Positions 37,625-51,159 of a stretch of DNA of 64,000 nt are shown piece after piece. The notes under the pieces were generated by a model. That model had not been told where the DNA came from. It ran no database searches and saw only the letters and a list, made by a program, of their open reading frames with translations. How positions within the stretch are numbered: the stretch's first letter is position 1; each line of letters opens with the position of its first letter. Source of the stretch: Phyllobates terribilis. Its lineage: Eukaryota. Made by a program: the position numbers and the translations under genes. The DNA is taken from the NCBI RefSeq assembly GCF_046119375.1, contig NW_027362771.1:226424001-226488000 (forward strand), given 5' to 3'.

Positions 37625-37816
37625 GGCCATGGCCCCACTATCAGTATTTGGTCAGTATTTTTTCTCAGGAGTGGGAGCCAAAACCAGGAGTGGGTGATAA
37701 ATGCAGAATTAGTGACTTGTTTCTATTATACCTTTTCTCTGATTGTTCCTTACCTGGTTTTAGCTCCCACTCCTGAGAAAAAATACTGACTGAATACTGA
37801 TAGTGGGGCCATGGCC
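37625..37816. mobile_element. 192-bp Harbinger-type MITE
   Basis: taa|ggccatggccccactatcagtatt...aatactgatagtggggccatggcc|taa. Confidence 0.88.
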
Positions 37817-38984
37817 TAAGGGCTAGTATTTTGTGGGACAAGTTATAGTTTCGAATAACACCATTTATTTTACCAAATAATGTACTGAAAAACAGGGAAA
37901 AATCGTGGTGTGGTGAAATGGTGAAAACATGCCACTGATTTTTGTTTTTTGTTTTCATGATTATTTTCGACGATGCCAAAAAAAGGGGTCATCATTTTCT
38001 GTAACTTTTTTATTTTTCTATTCAAGAAGCTGGGTATGGGCTTATTTTTTAGCTGACGTTTTTATCGATAACATTTTGGGGTACATAGGACGTTTTGATT
38101 GTACTTTTCTTAGGAAGTGCAGGAAGAAATGGCAATCCTTGTGTTCTATTTTTTTAGCATTTAACATACAGTTTAAATATTTTTATATATTGATAGACAG
38201 GACTTTTTGGGATACGAAATATATATTTTTTTATTTCTTTGTTTTTAATTGGTTGAGGGGGTGATTTAAACTTTTATATATTGTTTAAAAATATTTAAAA
38301 AAAAAACATTTTTTTTTACATCTTTACTAGTGTTGAGCGAGCATGCTCGACACTGCTCGGTACTCGCCCGAGCATCTCACTACTCGGGATGTTCGGCGAG
38401 CACCGAGCATTTCCGGGTTACTCGGGCGGGAGCTCGGGTCTCCGCCCTGCACGTTTGGCGCGCTTTACAGAGCCAATGAACATGCAGGGATTGCCAACCA
38501 GTCACTGGAATGCCGCAGCCATGTTGTTTGTGGGCATTACAGTGATTGGCTGGCCGCACAGCGTCACCTCGAGTATTTAAAACCGGCGCGGCCATCTTGG
38601 ACACAGTCGCTCCGGATCAGACAGTGTTGGGTCAGTGCTGCTGAGCTAGGGAGAGATTTATACTCCGAAATAGTTAGTGTAGGGTCTCTAAAGCCTGCAA
38701 AATCAAACAAACAGTCCTTCTCAGGACTAATATCCATCCCAGATATCAGGCAGGCAGGCAGGCTGTATAGGAGACGCAGTGGTTATACCAGCAAACGCTG
38801 CATTACAGTCCTGTGTGCTCCTGTTGGTCAAATTGCTAGACTTATCCCCCGGTCTCAGAGGCCAGGAAACATTTTTTTTTTCATCTAAATCAGACTGTTT
38901 TTTTTTCCTCAGTCAGACTGTACAAATACCCATCTTATTAACCTTTTGGTATTTTTTCCCCCTCCCAAAAACAATTGAGTGTGG

Positions 38985-40130
38985 CTGTGACTGTTCAGAC
39001 ACCAATATATCTGTTTAAAAGAGTCTGGTGTAGGCCAGAAAAATAGAACTGTGGTTTTGCAGTTCCACTGGTCATATCTCTGTATTATCCTGTTTTTGGC
39101 ATTTTTTGCCGTAAAAAAAACTGTAATAGTGTCTCCCTGACTGGTCAGACACCAATATATCTGTTTAAAAGAGTCTGGTGTACACTACATAACAATAACT
39201 GTGGTTTTGCAGTTCCACGGGTCAATTCTCTGTATTATCCTGTTTTTGGCATTTTTTGCCGTAAAAAAAACTGTAATAGTGTCTCCCTGACTGGTCAGAC
39301 ACCAATATATTTGTTTAAAAGAGTCTGGTGTACGCCACATAACTATAACTGTGGTTTTGCAGTTCCACGGGTCAAATCTCTGTATTATCCTGTTTTTGGC
39401 ATTTTTTGCCGTAAAAAAAACTGTAATAGTGTCTCCCTGACTGGTCAGACACCAATATATCTGTTTAAAAGAGTCTGGTGTACGCCACATAACTATAACT
39501 GTGGTTTTGCAGTTCCACGGGTCAAATCTCTGTATTATCCTGTTTTTGACATTTTTTGCCGTAAAAAAAAAACTATAATAGTGTCACCCTGACTGGTCAG
39601 ACACCAATATATCTGTTTAAAAGAGTCTGGTGTAGGCCAGAAAAATAGAACTGTGGTTTTGCAGTTCCACGGGTCAAATCTCTGTATTATCCTGTTTTTG
39701 GCATTTTTTGCCGTAAAAAAAACAGTAATAGTGTCTCCCTGACTGGTCAGACACCAATATATCTGTTTAAAAGAGTCTGGTGTAGGCCAAAAAAATAGAA
39801 CTGTGGTTTTGCAGTTCCACGGGTCAAATCTCTGTATTATCCTGTTTTTTGGCATTTTTTGCCGTAAAAAAACCTGTAATAGTGTCTCCCTGAGTGGTCA
39901 GACACCAATATATCTGTTTAAAAGAGTCTGGTGTAGGCCAGAAAAATAGAACTGTGGTTTTGCAGTTCCACGGGTCAAATCTCTGTATTATCCTGTTTTT
40001 GGCCTGTTTTACTTAAAAAAAAACAGTAATAGTGTCTCCCTGTCTGTTCAGTCACAAATATATCTGTTTAAAAGATTGTGGTGTAGGCCAGAGAAATAGA
40101 ACTGTAGTTTTCCTCTTCCACGGTTCTAAT
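38985..40130. repeat. 150-bp tandem repeat, about 7.6 units, inside the hAT upstream of the transposase
   Basis: accaatatat recurs at 39001, 39151, 39301, 39451, 39603, 39753 and 39903. Confidence 0.95.
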
Positions 40131-40192
40131 CTCCTTTTTATTACCCTTTTTTCATTGATAGCGCGAGTGTAAGCTATTTTATTTCATTTACA

Positions 40193-43183
40193 ATGGGCAA
40201 GGCGCGTGGCAAGGTACCTGGAACTGGACATTCTGGTGATGGTGCGTGTAGGGGACGGGGCCGTGGCCAAGGTGAAAATGTGCCACAACCAACAGCCACA
40301 TCTTCTCGCTCCCACTTCTTGACCGAATTACTAGGGAAGCACACTACAATACCAGTATTGCGAACTGATCAGTGTGAACAGGTTATTAATTGGTTAGCAG
40401 ATAATACTTCCAGTTACAGTTACCTGGGCACCACCACCTCCGGCCTGTCTTCCACATGGTCAAGATTTAGTAGCCGTGAGTCTCGACCGCATACTCCTCC
40501 TCACCCTGATGCTCCTTCCTCCCACCATGCCGAGTGTCGTCAGACACCAATCGATCCCACACTTGGACACTCTGAAGAGCTGTTCACTGGTCCATTTCCA
40601 TATTTGTGCCCCTCACCTGTTCCTCTTGAAGTGGAAGAGGAGATCTCATGTAGCGATGCCCAAATATTTGAACAGCCACGGCCAGAGGAAGTCGACGCTG
40701 GCAATTTGTAACAAGAGGTGGACGATGACGAGACACAATTGCCACGAAGTGAGGAGGAGGATCGTGGTGCGCAAGTGGAAGAGGAGGAGGTGGTGAATGA
40801 TCTAGTAACTGACCCAACGTGGCAGGAGGACACGCAGAGCGAGGCCAGCAGCACACAGGGGGAGGGAGACAGAGTACCCCAACAGGCAGGAAGAAGCAGT
40901 GTGGTGGCCGCACACAGAAGGCGGGCAACAGTTCCCCGTAACACCAACACAAGGGACGTTGCCAGTACAACCGGTAGGTTGTCCAGTGTCTGGAATTTTT
41001 TTAAAGACTCTGCTGATAACCCCAAAAAGGCCATTTGTACCACCTGCCATGCCAGCATCAGCAGGGGTGACAAAACTACCAGCCTGACCACCACCAGCAT
41101 GATCAGGCACATGTCAGCAAAGCACCCGACTTTGTGGGGCGAACCCCAGGGTCCACGACCAGTGTCAGCGGGTGTCACCACTGCTTCTTCCGCTGTTGTG
41201 CGTGTAATAGAACCCCCTGTTGTGCGTGCAAGGCAATCCCCTGTCCATACTGCATGCAAAGATGCCCCCTCCTGTCAGTCTTCACTTGTTATGGCAGTTT
41301 CTCAAGAAACAGCATCAACGTCCACGTCCACGTCCCACAGCAGCGTTCAATTGTCCATATCCCAGAGCTTTGAACGAAAGCGCAAATTCGCAGTCAACGC
41401 CCCACAGGCCACAGTCCTAAATTCTCACATTTCTCGACTGCTCGCAACCTTATGGCGGTGGCCGTCCCTCGCTACTCGGTCCCCAGCCGACACTATTTTG
41501 CCCGGTGTGCCATCTCCTCACTACACAAGCACGTGGATTGCTGGCCCTATGTCAGTCAGAGTTGCCCCCACAGTGTACAACTCCTGCGCATCATCCTCCT
41601 CCTCCTCATGTTCAGCCTCCATCTCAGATATCACCACATCAGTTACAAGCTGGAAGCACTGCAGTACTGCCTCAGCCAAGAGGCAACAGGCTGTGCTGAA
41701 GCTCATAAGCTTCGGTGATAAACCTCACACTGCTTGTGAGTTGTGGACAGCTGTGAAAGAGCAGGCAGATCTGTGGCTGAGATCGCTGAACCTACATCCA
41801 GGCATGGTCGTGTGTGACAATGGCCGTAACCTGGTGGCGGCTCTGAGGCGAGGCGAGATCACACACGTACCATGCCTGGCTCATGTGCATAACCTCGTGG
41901 TTCAGCGGTTCTTAAATCATACCCCGAGTTGCCAGATCTGCTTGTCAAAGTACGCCGCCTGTCAGCTCATTTTCGCAAGTCGGCTACAGCTTCTGCCGCC
42001 CTTGCTGTGTTGCAGCAGCATTTGCAGCTTCCGGCACACCGACTGGTGTGTGATGTCCCCACACGTTGGAACTCTACCCTCCACATGTTGCCAAGGATTT
42101 GTGAGCAGAAGAATGCAGTTGTGGAGTACCAGCTGCAACAAGGCCGTCGATATTCAGGTCAAACTCCACACATAATGCCTCAGGAGTGGACCTGGATGTC
42201 TGACATATGTACCATCCTGACAAATTTAGAGGAGTCCACCAAGATGGTGAGTGGCGATGACGCCATCATTAGCGTCAGCATCCCACTTGTCTGTCTTTTA
42301 CAACGCTCTCTGCAGAGAATTAAAGAGGAAGCATTGCAGCCAGAGTATGTTGAGATGGATCATGAACCCGTAATGGGCGATTACACACAGCCCAGCCTCA
42401 TCTCATCCCAACGTGCATTGGGGGACAATGAGGGAGAGAAGGAGGAGGAGGAGGAAGAACAGGAGCTGGTATCATGCGCTGTAGACAGTAGTACCTGTAC
42501 AACTGTCATACAGTCGGTTCATCGTGGGTGGCCTGAGGACAGGGGGGAGGAGGAGGAGGAGACCATGGTCAGTTGTCATCTTGGTGAGGACATGGAAGTC
42601 TTGCCCATTACCAGTCTGGCACGCATTGCTGACTTTATGTTACGCTGCCTTAACCGCAACCCTTGCTGCAGAACTGTTTAAAAAATTCCCATCTGAACAC
42701 GCTAGCGGCAGAGGTCACAGTTCGTTGACCAACCACGGCGTACAAGCGAGAGAGAGGCAGCTCCAATCCAGCAGAGGCAGGGGAACACTGTCAACGTTCT
42801 GGGACAGTTTTCAGAGACCTGCCCAGCTTACAGGCCCTGAGGCACGGGGTACTCTCACAAGGAGTGGAAAGTTTCAAAAGATGGTGAGGGAGTACCTTGC
42901 CGACCGTAACAGCGTCCTCCGTGATTCCTCTGTGCCTTTTAATTATTGGGTTTCCAAGCTGGACACTTGGAATGAACTCGCTCTGTACGCCTTGGAGGTC
43001 CTGGCCTGCCCTGCTGCTAGCGTGTTATCAGAGCGTGTTTTTAGTGCCGCTGGGGGAATTATAACTGATAAGCGCACTTGCCTGTCAACTGACAATGCTG
43101 ACAAGCTGACCCTTATCAAAATGAACAAGGGCTGGATTGGGCCAGACTTCTCATCACCACCAAATGACAGCAGAGTAACATAA
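40193..43183 (+). pseudogene. hAT transposase pseudogene (BED finger, DDE core partly deleted, dimerisation domain)
   Basis: MGKARG start, stop at 40709 (TCA in copy 1), BED finger SVWNFF..CTTCH..RHMSAKH, CDNGRN, CLAH, TRWNST, LACPAASVLSERVFSAAG; three internal deletions relative to copy 1. Confidence 0.93.
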
Positions 43184-46100
43184 AGTCAAATCCACTGTGT
43201 TATTTCGGGAGGTGTATTCCCATGCACCGCTTCACACCCACACATGGGTATACGCTTCCTCAATTCGGCTTTTTTTTGCTCTTCTCCTTATCCTCAGCCT
43301 CCACCACCACTATACCACCAGGGTGACTGTGGTCCGTGTTGCCAGCATTGCAAGTTCCTCCGTCCTAATTTTTGGCAGCTTTTGCTTGGAAGGCATAGGC
43401 AAAGACTATGGGAGACCCACTCCCCAATAATGGGAATAATGTTTTTAATATGCTGTACTGCATGGCTCTTGTAAGGGGCATTAAAACCATCTTGTTAAAC
43501 CACTCTGACCTCCACGTCTCTTCCAAGGGGCATTTAAACCGTCTTGTTAAGCTACTGCAACCTCCACGTCTCTTCCATGGGGCATTAAAACCATCTTGTT
43601 AAGCTAATCCGACCTCCACCACTTTTCCAAGGGGCATTAAAACCGTCTTGTTAAGCTACTGCGACCTCCACGTCTTTTCCAAGGGGCATTTAAACCGTCT
43701 TGTTAAGCTACTGCAACCTCCACGTCTCTTCCAAGGGGCATTAAAACCGTCTTGCTAAGCAACTGCGACCTCCACCACTTCTCCAAGGGGCATTAAAACC
43801 GTCTTGTTAAGCTACTGCGACCTCCACGTCTCTTCCAAGGGGCATTTAAACCGTCTTGTTAAGCTACTGCAACCTCCACGTCTCTTACAAGGAGCATTAA
43901 AACCGTCTTGTTAAGCTAATGCGACCTCCACCACTTTTCCAAGGGGCATTAAAACCGTCTTGTTAAGCTACTGCGACCTCCACCACTTTTCCAAGGGGCA
44001 TTAAAGCTGTCTTGTTAAGCTACTTTCACCTCCACGTCTCTTCCAAGGGGCATTAAAACCGTCTTGTTAAGCTAATGCAACCTCCACCACTTTTCCAAGG
44101 GGCATTAACACCATCTTGTTAAGCTACTGCGACCTCCACGTCTCTTGCAAGGGGCATTTAAACCGTCTTGTTAAGCTACTGCAAACTCCACGTCTCTTCC
44201 AAGGGGCATTAAAACCATCTTGTTAAGCTACTGCGACCTCCACCACTTTTCCAAGGGGCATTAAAACCATCTTGTTAAGCTTCTGCGACCTCCACCACTT
44301 TTCCAAGGGGCATTAAAGTTGTCTTGTTAAGCTACTGTAACCTCCACTACTCTTCCAGGGGGCATTTAAACCGTCTTGTTAATCTACTGCAACCTGCACG
44401 TCTCTTCCAAGGGGCATTGAAACCGTCTTGTTAAGCTACTGCGACATCCAACACTTTTCCAAGGGGCATTAAAGCTGTCTTGTTAAGCTACTGTGACCTC
44501 CACCACTTTTCCAAGGGGCATTATAACCGTCTTGTTAAGCTACTGCGACCTCCACCGCTCTTCCAAGGAGCATTAAAACCTTCTTGTTAAGCTAATGTGA
44601 CCTCCACCACTTTTCCCAGGGGCATTGATATTATCTTTTTATTCCACTGCGACCTCCACGTCTCTTCCAAGGGGCATTAAAACCGTCTTTTTAAGCTAAT
44701 GCGACCTCCACCACTTTTCCAAGGGGCATTAAAACCATCTTGTTAAGCTACTGCGACCTCCACGTCTCTTCCAAGGGGCATTTAAACTGTCTTCTTAAGC
44801 TACTGCAAACTCCACGTCTCTTCCAAGGGGCATTAAAACCATCTTGTTAAGCTACTGCGACCTCCACGTCTCTTCCAAGGGGCATTTAAACCGTCTTGTT
44901 AAGCTACTGCAAACTCCACGTCTCTTCCAAGGGGCATTAAAACCATCTTTTTAAGCTACTGCGACCTCCACCACTTTTCCAAGGGGCATTAAAACCGTCT
45001 TGTTAAGCTTCTGCGACCTCCACCACTTTTCCAAGGGGCATTAAAACCGTCTTATTAAGCTACTGCGACCTCCACCACTTTTCCAAGGGGCATTAAAGCT
45101 GTCTTGTTAAGCTACTTTCACCTCCACCACTCTTCCAAGGGGCATTTAAACCGTCTTGTTAAGATACTGCAACCTCCACGTCTCTTCCAAGGGGCATTAA
45201 AACCGTCTTGTTAAGCTAATGCGACCTCCACCACTTTTCCAAGGGGCATTGACACCATCTTGTTAAGCTACTGCGACCTCCACGTCTCTTGCAAGGGGCA
45301 TTTAAACCGTCTTGTTAAGCTACTGCAAACTCCACGTCTCTTCCAAGGGGCATTAAAACCATCTTGTTAAGCTACTGCGACCTCCACCACTTTTCCAAGG
45401 GGCATTAAAACCATCTTGTTAAGCTTCTGCGACCTCCACCACTTTTCCAAGGGGCATTAAAACGGTCTTGTTAAGCTACTGCGACCTCCACGTCTCTTCC
45501 AAGGGGCATTTAAACCGTCTTGTTAAGCTACTGCAACCTGCACGTCTCTTCCAAGGGGCATTGAAACCGTCTTGTTAAGCTACTGCGACATCCAACACTT
45601 TTCCAAGGGGCATTAAAGCTGTCTTGTTAAGCTACTGCGACCTCCACCACTTTTCCAAGGGGCATTAAAACCGTCTTGTTAAGCTACTGCGACCTCCACC
45701 GCTCTTCCAAGGAGCATTAGAACCTTCTTGTTAAGCTAATGTGACCTCCACCACTTTTCCCAGGGGCATTGATATTATCTTTTTATTCCACTGCGACCTC
45801 CACGTCTCTTCCAAGGGGCATTAAAACCGTCTTGTTAAGCTACTGCGACCTCCACCCCTCTTCCAACAGGCATTAAAACCATCTTGCTAAGCAACTGCGA
45901 CCTCCACCACTTCTCCAAGTAGCATTAAAACCGTCTTGTTAAGCTACTGCGACCTCCACGTCTCTTCCAAGGGGCATTTAAACCGTCTTGTTAAGCTACT
46001 GCAACCTCCACGTCTCTTCCAAGGGGCATTAAAACTGTCTTGTTAAGCTAATGCGACCTCCACCACTTTTCCAAGGGGCATTAAAACCGTCTTGTTAAGC

Positions 46101-47420
46101 TACTGCGACCTCCACCACTTTTCCAAGGGGCATTAAAGCTGTCTTGTTAAGCTACTTTCACCTCCACCACTCTTCCAAGGGGCATTTAAACCGTCTTGTT
46201 AAGCTACTGCAACCTCCACGTCTCTTCCAAGGGGCATTAAAACCGTCTTTTTAAGCTAATGCGACCTCCACCACTTTTCCAAGGGGCATTAAAACCATCT
46301 TGTTAAGCTACTGCGACCTCCACGTCTCTTCCAAGGGGCATTTAAACCGTCTTGTTAAGCTACTGCAAACTCCACGTCTCTTCCAATGGGCATTAAAACC
46401 ATCTTGTTAAGCTACTGCGACCTCCACGTCTCTTCCAAGGGGCATTTAAACCGTCTTGTTAAGCTACTGCAAACTCCACGTCTCTTCCAAGGGGCATTAA
46501 AACCGTCTTGTTAAGCTAATGCGACCTCCACCACTTTTCCAAGGGGCATTAAAACCGTCTTGTTAAGCTTCTGCGACCTCCACCACTTTTCCAAGCGTCA
46601 TTAAAGTTGTCTTGTTAAGCTACTGTAACCTCCACCACTCTTCCAAGGGGCATTTAAACCGTCTTGTTAAGCTACTGCAACCTCCACGTCTCTTTCAAGG
46701 GGCATTGAAACCGTCTTGTTAAGCTACTGCGACATCCAACACTTTTCCAAGGGGCATTAAAGCTGTCTTGTTAAGCTACTGTGACCTCCACCACTTTTCC
46801 AAGGAGCATTAAAACCATCTTGTTAAGCTACTGCGTCCTCCACCGCTCTTCCATCGAGCATTAAAACCATCTTGTTAAGCTAATGCGACCTCCACCACTT
46901 TTCCCAGGGGCATTGATATTATCTTTTTATTCCACTGCGACCTCCACGTCTCTTCCAAGGGGCATTAAAACCGTCTTGTTAAGCTACTGCTACCTCCACC
47001 GCTCTTCCAACGGGCATTAAAACTGTCTTGTTAAACCACTCTGACCTCCACGTCTCTTCCAAGGGGCATTAAAACCGTCTTGTTAAGCTACTGCGACCTC
47101 CACCACTTCTCCAAGGGGCATTAAAACCGTCTTGATAAGCTACTGTAACCTCCACCACTCTTCCAAGGGGCATTTAAACCGTCTTGTTAAGCTACTGCAA
47201 CCTCCACGTCTCTTCCAATGGGCATTAAAACCGTCTTGTTAAGCTAATGCGACCTCCACCACTTTTCCAAGGGGCATTAAAACTGTCTTGTTAAGCTACT
47301 GCGACCTCCACCACTTTTACAAGGGGCAATAAAGCTGTCTTGTTAAGCTACTGCGACCTCCACCACTTTTCCAAGGGGCATTAAAACTGTCTTGTTAACA
47401 CTAGAACTCCCTGAGGGGTC

Positions 47421-47843
47421 TGTTATGATCTGCTACAAGCACTAAGGAAAGAAAGGAGATCTTTCCCTACAATAGAACTAAGCTAGATCCCTACGATGTA
47501 ACGGGGAACCTGATCCTGCGATCAGACCAGCTAAAGTCCTCGGCTAGTCTGTACGAAGACCTATAGATGCAAGGGAGGGATCCCTACAAGAACTAGGGAC
47601 TGGGATAAAGTTGGACACCTCCTAGCAGAAATTGTAGCAGTAAAAGACAAACACACAACATAGAAAATAAAGGTCCGAAGACCTAGCTAAACTGACTGAA
47701 AAAGGTAACTAAGCACCAGGCTAACTTAAGAGTAGAAATTACAATGAAGTCCAGCAAGGCCAGGAGGGCGGAGCAGGATTAAATAGGCAAAAAAGGTCAT
47801 GTGACCAGCAAGATAGAAAAAACCTAACAGGAGAGTTCTAACA
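47421..47843. mobile_element. Solo LTR (423 bp) inserted in the piggyBac left end
   Basis: TGTTA...TAACA termini, 5-bp TSD gggtc (47416-47420 and 47844-47848). Removing it restores cactagaactccctgaggggtcattttgaccc. Confidence 0.88.
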
Positions 47844-48327
47844 GGGTCATTTTGACCCTTTTGCTATTTATTTTTCTTATAATTTCTAAAGTTTTAACAA
47901 ATGAGTTCTGAGTTTTTGTGACTTTTATTTATTCATGGTAGTGTATATTTTAGGACACAAAAATGAATTGTAATTTTTTCAGGGGCCCGGATTTTACAAT
48001 TCATACCTATAAGTACTGAAGGGGTCAATTTGACCCCATACATAAAAGTAGTAGTAGGCAAGTCACCTAATATTACAGAGTACAGAAATCACAGTGCTTC
48101 TCCCTAGTTGTAGAGTGTAATTGTGTCTTTGCATATCAGGGATGATTCAGCATTTTGTTTTGTCTAAACTTGTCTTAACATGTTTGATCCATGTCTCTTC
48201 TAGCGATTTCTGTCTGCACTTCAGTAGCAAACATTACAGTTGAAGCTATAACTCTGCATGTTTGTACAGTGTCGTTTTATTACTTCTGCGATCTTACAAG
48301 TCCCTTTTTGTGACGTATATTTGAAGC

Positions 48328-50140
48328 ATGAGTAAGCAGAGGGGTCTGACAAGTGATGAAATTTTGAAATGTCTTCAGAATTTATCTGAAAATGAGTCAG
48401 AAGAAGAAAATCAGGAACAAATCGACTCAGAGTCTGATGAAGAATATTTTCCTCATGATATTTCCGAAGAATCAGATTCAAGCAGTAACAGTGATATAAT
48501 TGACGATACCGAAGACTCTGGAGGGGATGATGGACGTCCTACTACGTCAACAAGATGTACGGCCACACCACAATTGCGTAGAGGTAGAGGAAGAGGGACC
48601 AAACCACAATATTTTGGATACGGAGGGAGAAAGAAAGGTACAGTGTACATTCCACCTGCTGTGGGTCATAAAGAGACTTGTCGCGATGGAACTGTGTGGG
48701 AAGTTGTCCCAATTGCTTCTGCATCTACTGGCTGACTGTCCCAACAAAACATTCTATGAGAAACACCTGGACCCACTCCTTATGCCAAAAGGGAGCTCAT
48801 CAATGGGAATGTATCAAGTGCATGGAGGTTGCTAGTTGATGAACCTATACTTCGCCACATAAAAAAGTGTACAGAAATGGAGGCTCGTCAGAAACTTGAA
48901 GATGATAAATGGACAGTTTCTCTAATCGAGCTTGATGCATTTACTGCAATATTATATGCGAGGGGCGCATATAATGCAAATGGTCTTTCTGTAAAAACCT
49001 TGTGGTCAAGTACTTGGGGTCCTCGCTTCTTTCAAGACACTATGCCGAGAAGTAGGTTCGAAGAATTGATGCGATTTGTACGATTTGACATCAAATCCAC
49101 CCGATCTGATACATTGAAGAATGACAAGTTTGCTTTATTTTCTGAAGTGTGGAATCGCTTCATTGGAAATTGTATACTGTGTTACAAACCTGGACAAAAC
49201 CTGACAGTTGATGAACAGCTTTTTCCAACTAAATCAAGATGTCCTTTCACCCAATATATAGCCAATAAGCCGGACAAATTTGGAATAAAATTCTGTCTGG
49301 TAGCTGACGTAGAATCCAAATACCTCTGCAACAGGTTTCCATATTTGGGAAAAGATGAACAACGACCGGCTGATCGGTCTCTTGCACAACACATTGTTCT
49401 CAAACTAATGGATCCATTTTTGAACAAGGGAAGAAATGTTACTACAGATAATTTTTTCACTTCATTGAAACTTGCCAATACACTGAAAGCCAAGAGAACA
49501 AGCATTGTGGGAATGATGAACCGTGCAAGAAAAGAGATTCCATCTTTGGCAAAAAACCTACGAACAAATACATATGAGACTACTCTGATGAAGAATGGTG
49601 ACATCACTCTTACAGTTTACCAAGGTAAACCAAATAAGAATGTCATTTTGCTCAGTAGTCTTCACAAAGATGTAGCAGTTGGAAACAACAAGAAAAAAAA
49701 ACGGAAACGGTAAAATTTTACAATAAAACAAAGGTTGGAGTGGACACAGTAGACCAGATGGCTCGAAAGTACACCACAAGATCTGGAAGCCGCCGATGGC
49801 CTGTTCAGGTGTTTTGTAATGTACTTGATTTAGCAGCTATAAACGCAACAATACTCTATAAAACAGCAACTAGGAGTCAAATTAGCAGACGGGAGTTCAT
49901 TCTTCAGCTGGCATTAGACCTTTCCAAGAATTATTTGGAATCAAGAAGTGGCCCATCATCCGCAATGTCTGAACCACAAACAAAAGGACAAGAAATCTGC
50001 AAGCGTCCAAAATGTGGAGTTGCAACGAAAACAAAACAATTAAAACTTGCTCAAGCTGTAACAAATTAGTTTGTGGAAAATGCACTGGGAAAGTGGAAGA
50101 AAGTACTGTTTGTGTTAACTGTTGGACACCGCACGCTATG
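48328..50140 (+). pseudogene. piggyBac transposase pseudogene (PGBD-like)
   Basis: Acidic N-terminus, TVDEQL, KPDKFGIK, TTDNFF, GVDTVDQM, RWP, Cys-rich tail. Two in-frame TGA (48733 and about 48754), a frameshift in the A-run near 49700 and another in the tail. Confidence 0.93.
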
Positions 50141-51159
50141 ACCATTTAAAAGGAAAATGCGTTTAAACTGCTGTACTTAACACTGTTCCTACTAAGTTAA
50201 AATAAATGTTCTTTAATTTGTTGGCAAAAAAAAAGTTATTTTTACTCCAGAGTCAGTACTTTTGAATGGGGGTCAAAATGACCCCTAATGGTAGTTATAG
50301 GTATTATGAAACATGCGGTAGTTCTATTGTTAAGCTACTGTGACCTCCACCACTCTTCCAAGGGGCATTAAAACCGTCTTGTTAAGCTAATGCGACCTCC
50401 ACCACTTTTCCCAGGGGCATTGATATTGTCTTTTTATTCCACTGCGTCCTCCACGTCTTTTCCAAGGGGCATTAAAACCGTCTTGTTAAGCTACTGTGAC
50501 CTCCACCACTTTTTCAAGTGGCATTGATATTGTCTTTTTATTCCACTGCGAACTCCACCATTCTTCCAACGGGCATTGCATTTCCTCCTAATTTTAGTTA
50601 GCTTTTGCTTTTCAATGCATAGGCGAACACTAAGGGAGACCCACTCCCCAATAATGGGTAGAAGGTTTTTAGTATGCTGTAATCCACGTCTGTTTCAAGG
50701 GGCATTGCAGTTCCTCATAATTATTGGAAAGCCTTCCATTCACTGCTTATGCCAACAGTGCACAGGAGACCCAGTTGCTATAAATGGAAAAAACGGTTTA
50801 GTTAAGACCCTCTGACCTCCATGTCACTTCCAAGGGGCATTGGAGTGCCTCAAAATTTTTGGTAGGCATTGCACTCACTGCATGCCCTATAACTGTGTAG
50901 CCGAACCTCTCCTTTTGGTACAGAAACATATCCTACTAGACATGTGTGGTTGACTGGCCTGATATTGATGTGAATGGTCCCTGTTCCTCCTGCTCTTTCT
51001 CCTTTGCCACCACCTCATCCATCATTCATCACCTGAAGCTTTGTTTTAACGGGAGTCTTAGATCTGGGATAGTAGCAGGAAAACATCCAGCAATCCTGGG
51101 AGGAGGTAGAATATGCGCCAAAACGCTGACCTCAGGCCTAGCCGCTACTACATACATGC

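Larger units (their letters stand above)
47399..50329 (+). mobile_element. piggyBac transposon inserted at a TTAA of the 52-bp array
   Basis: gtcttgTTAA|cactagaactcc ... ggtagttctattg|TTAAgctactg; imperfect TIRs and ggggtca(a/t)(a/t)ntgacccc subterminal palindromes at about 47844, 48021 and 50271. Confidence 0.93.
43460..50580. repeat. 52-bp satellite-like array (about 75 units at 43460-47398 plus about 5 at 50334-50580), split by a piggyBac
   Basis: aagggg starts 52 bp apart (e.g. 43629, 43681); rare variant units recur every 1144 bp. Confidence 0.96.

Noticed and set aside
40193-43183. Domesticated ZBED gene
   Set aside because: Bounded by TIRs and a TSD, with stops, frameshifts and deletion of a catalytic segment; a second decayed copy lies nearby.
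43460-47398. CRISPR-like appearance of the 52-bp array
   Set aside because: Units are contiguous with no unique spacers, no cas genes are present, and the context is eukaryotic.
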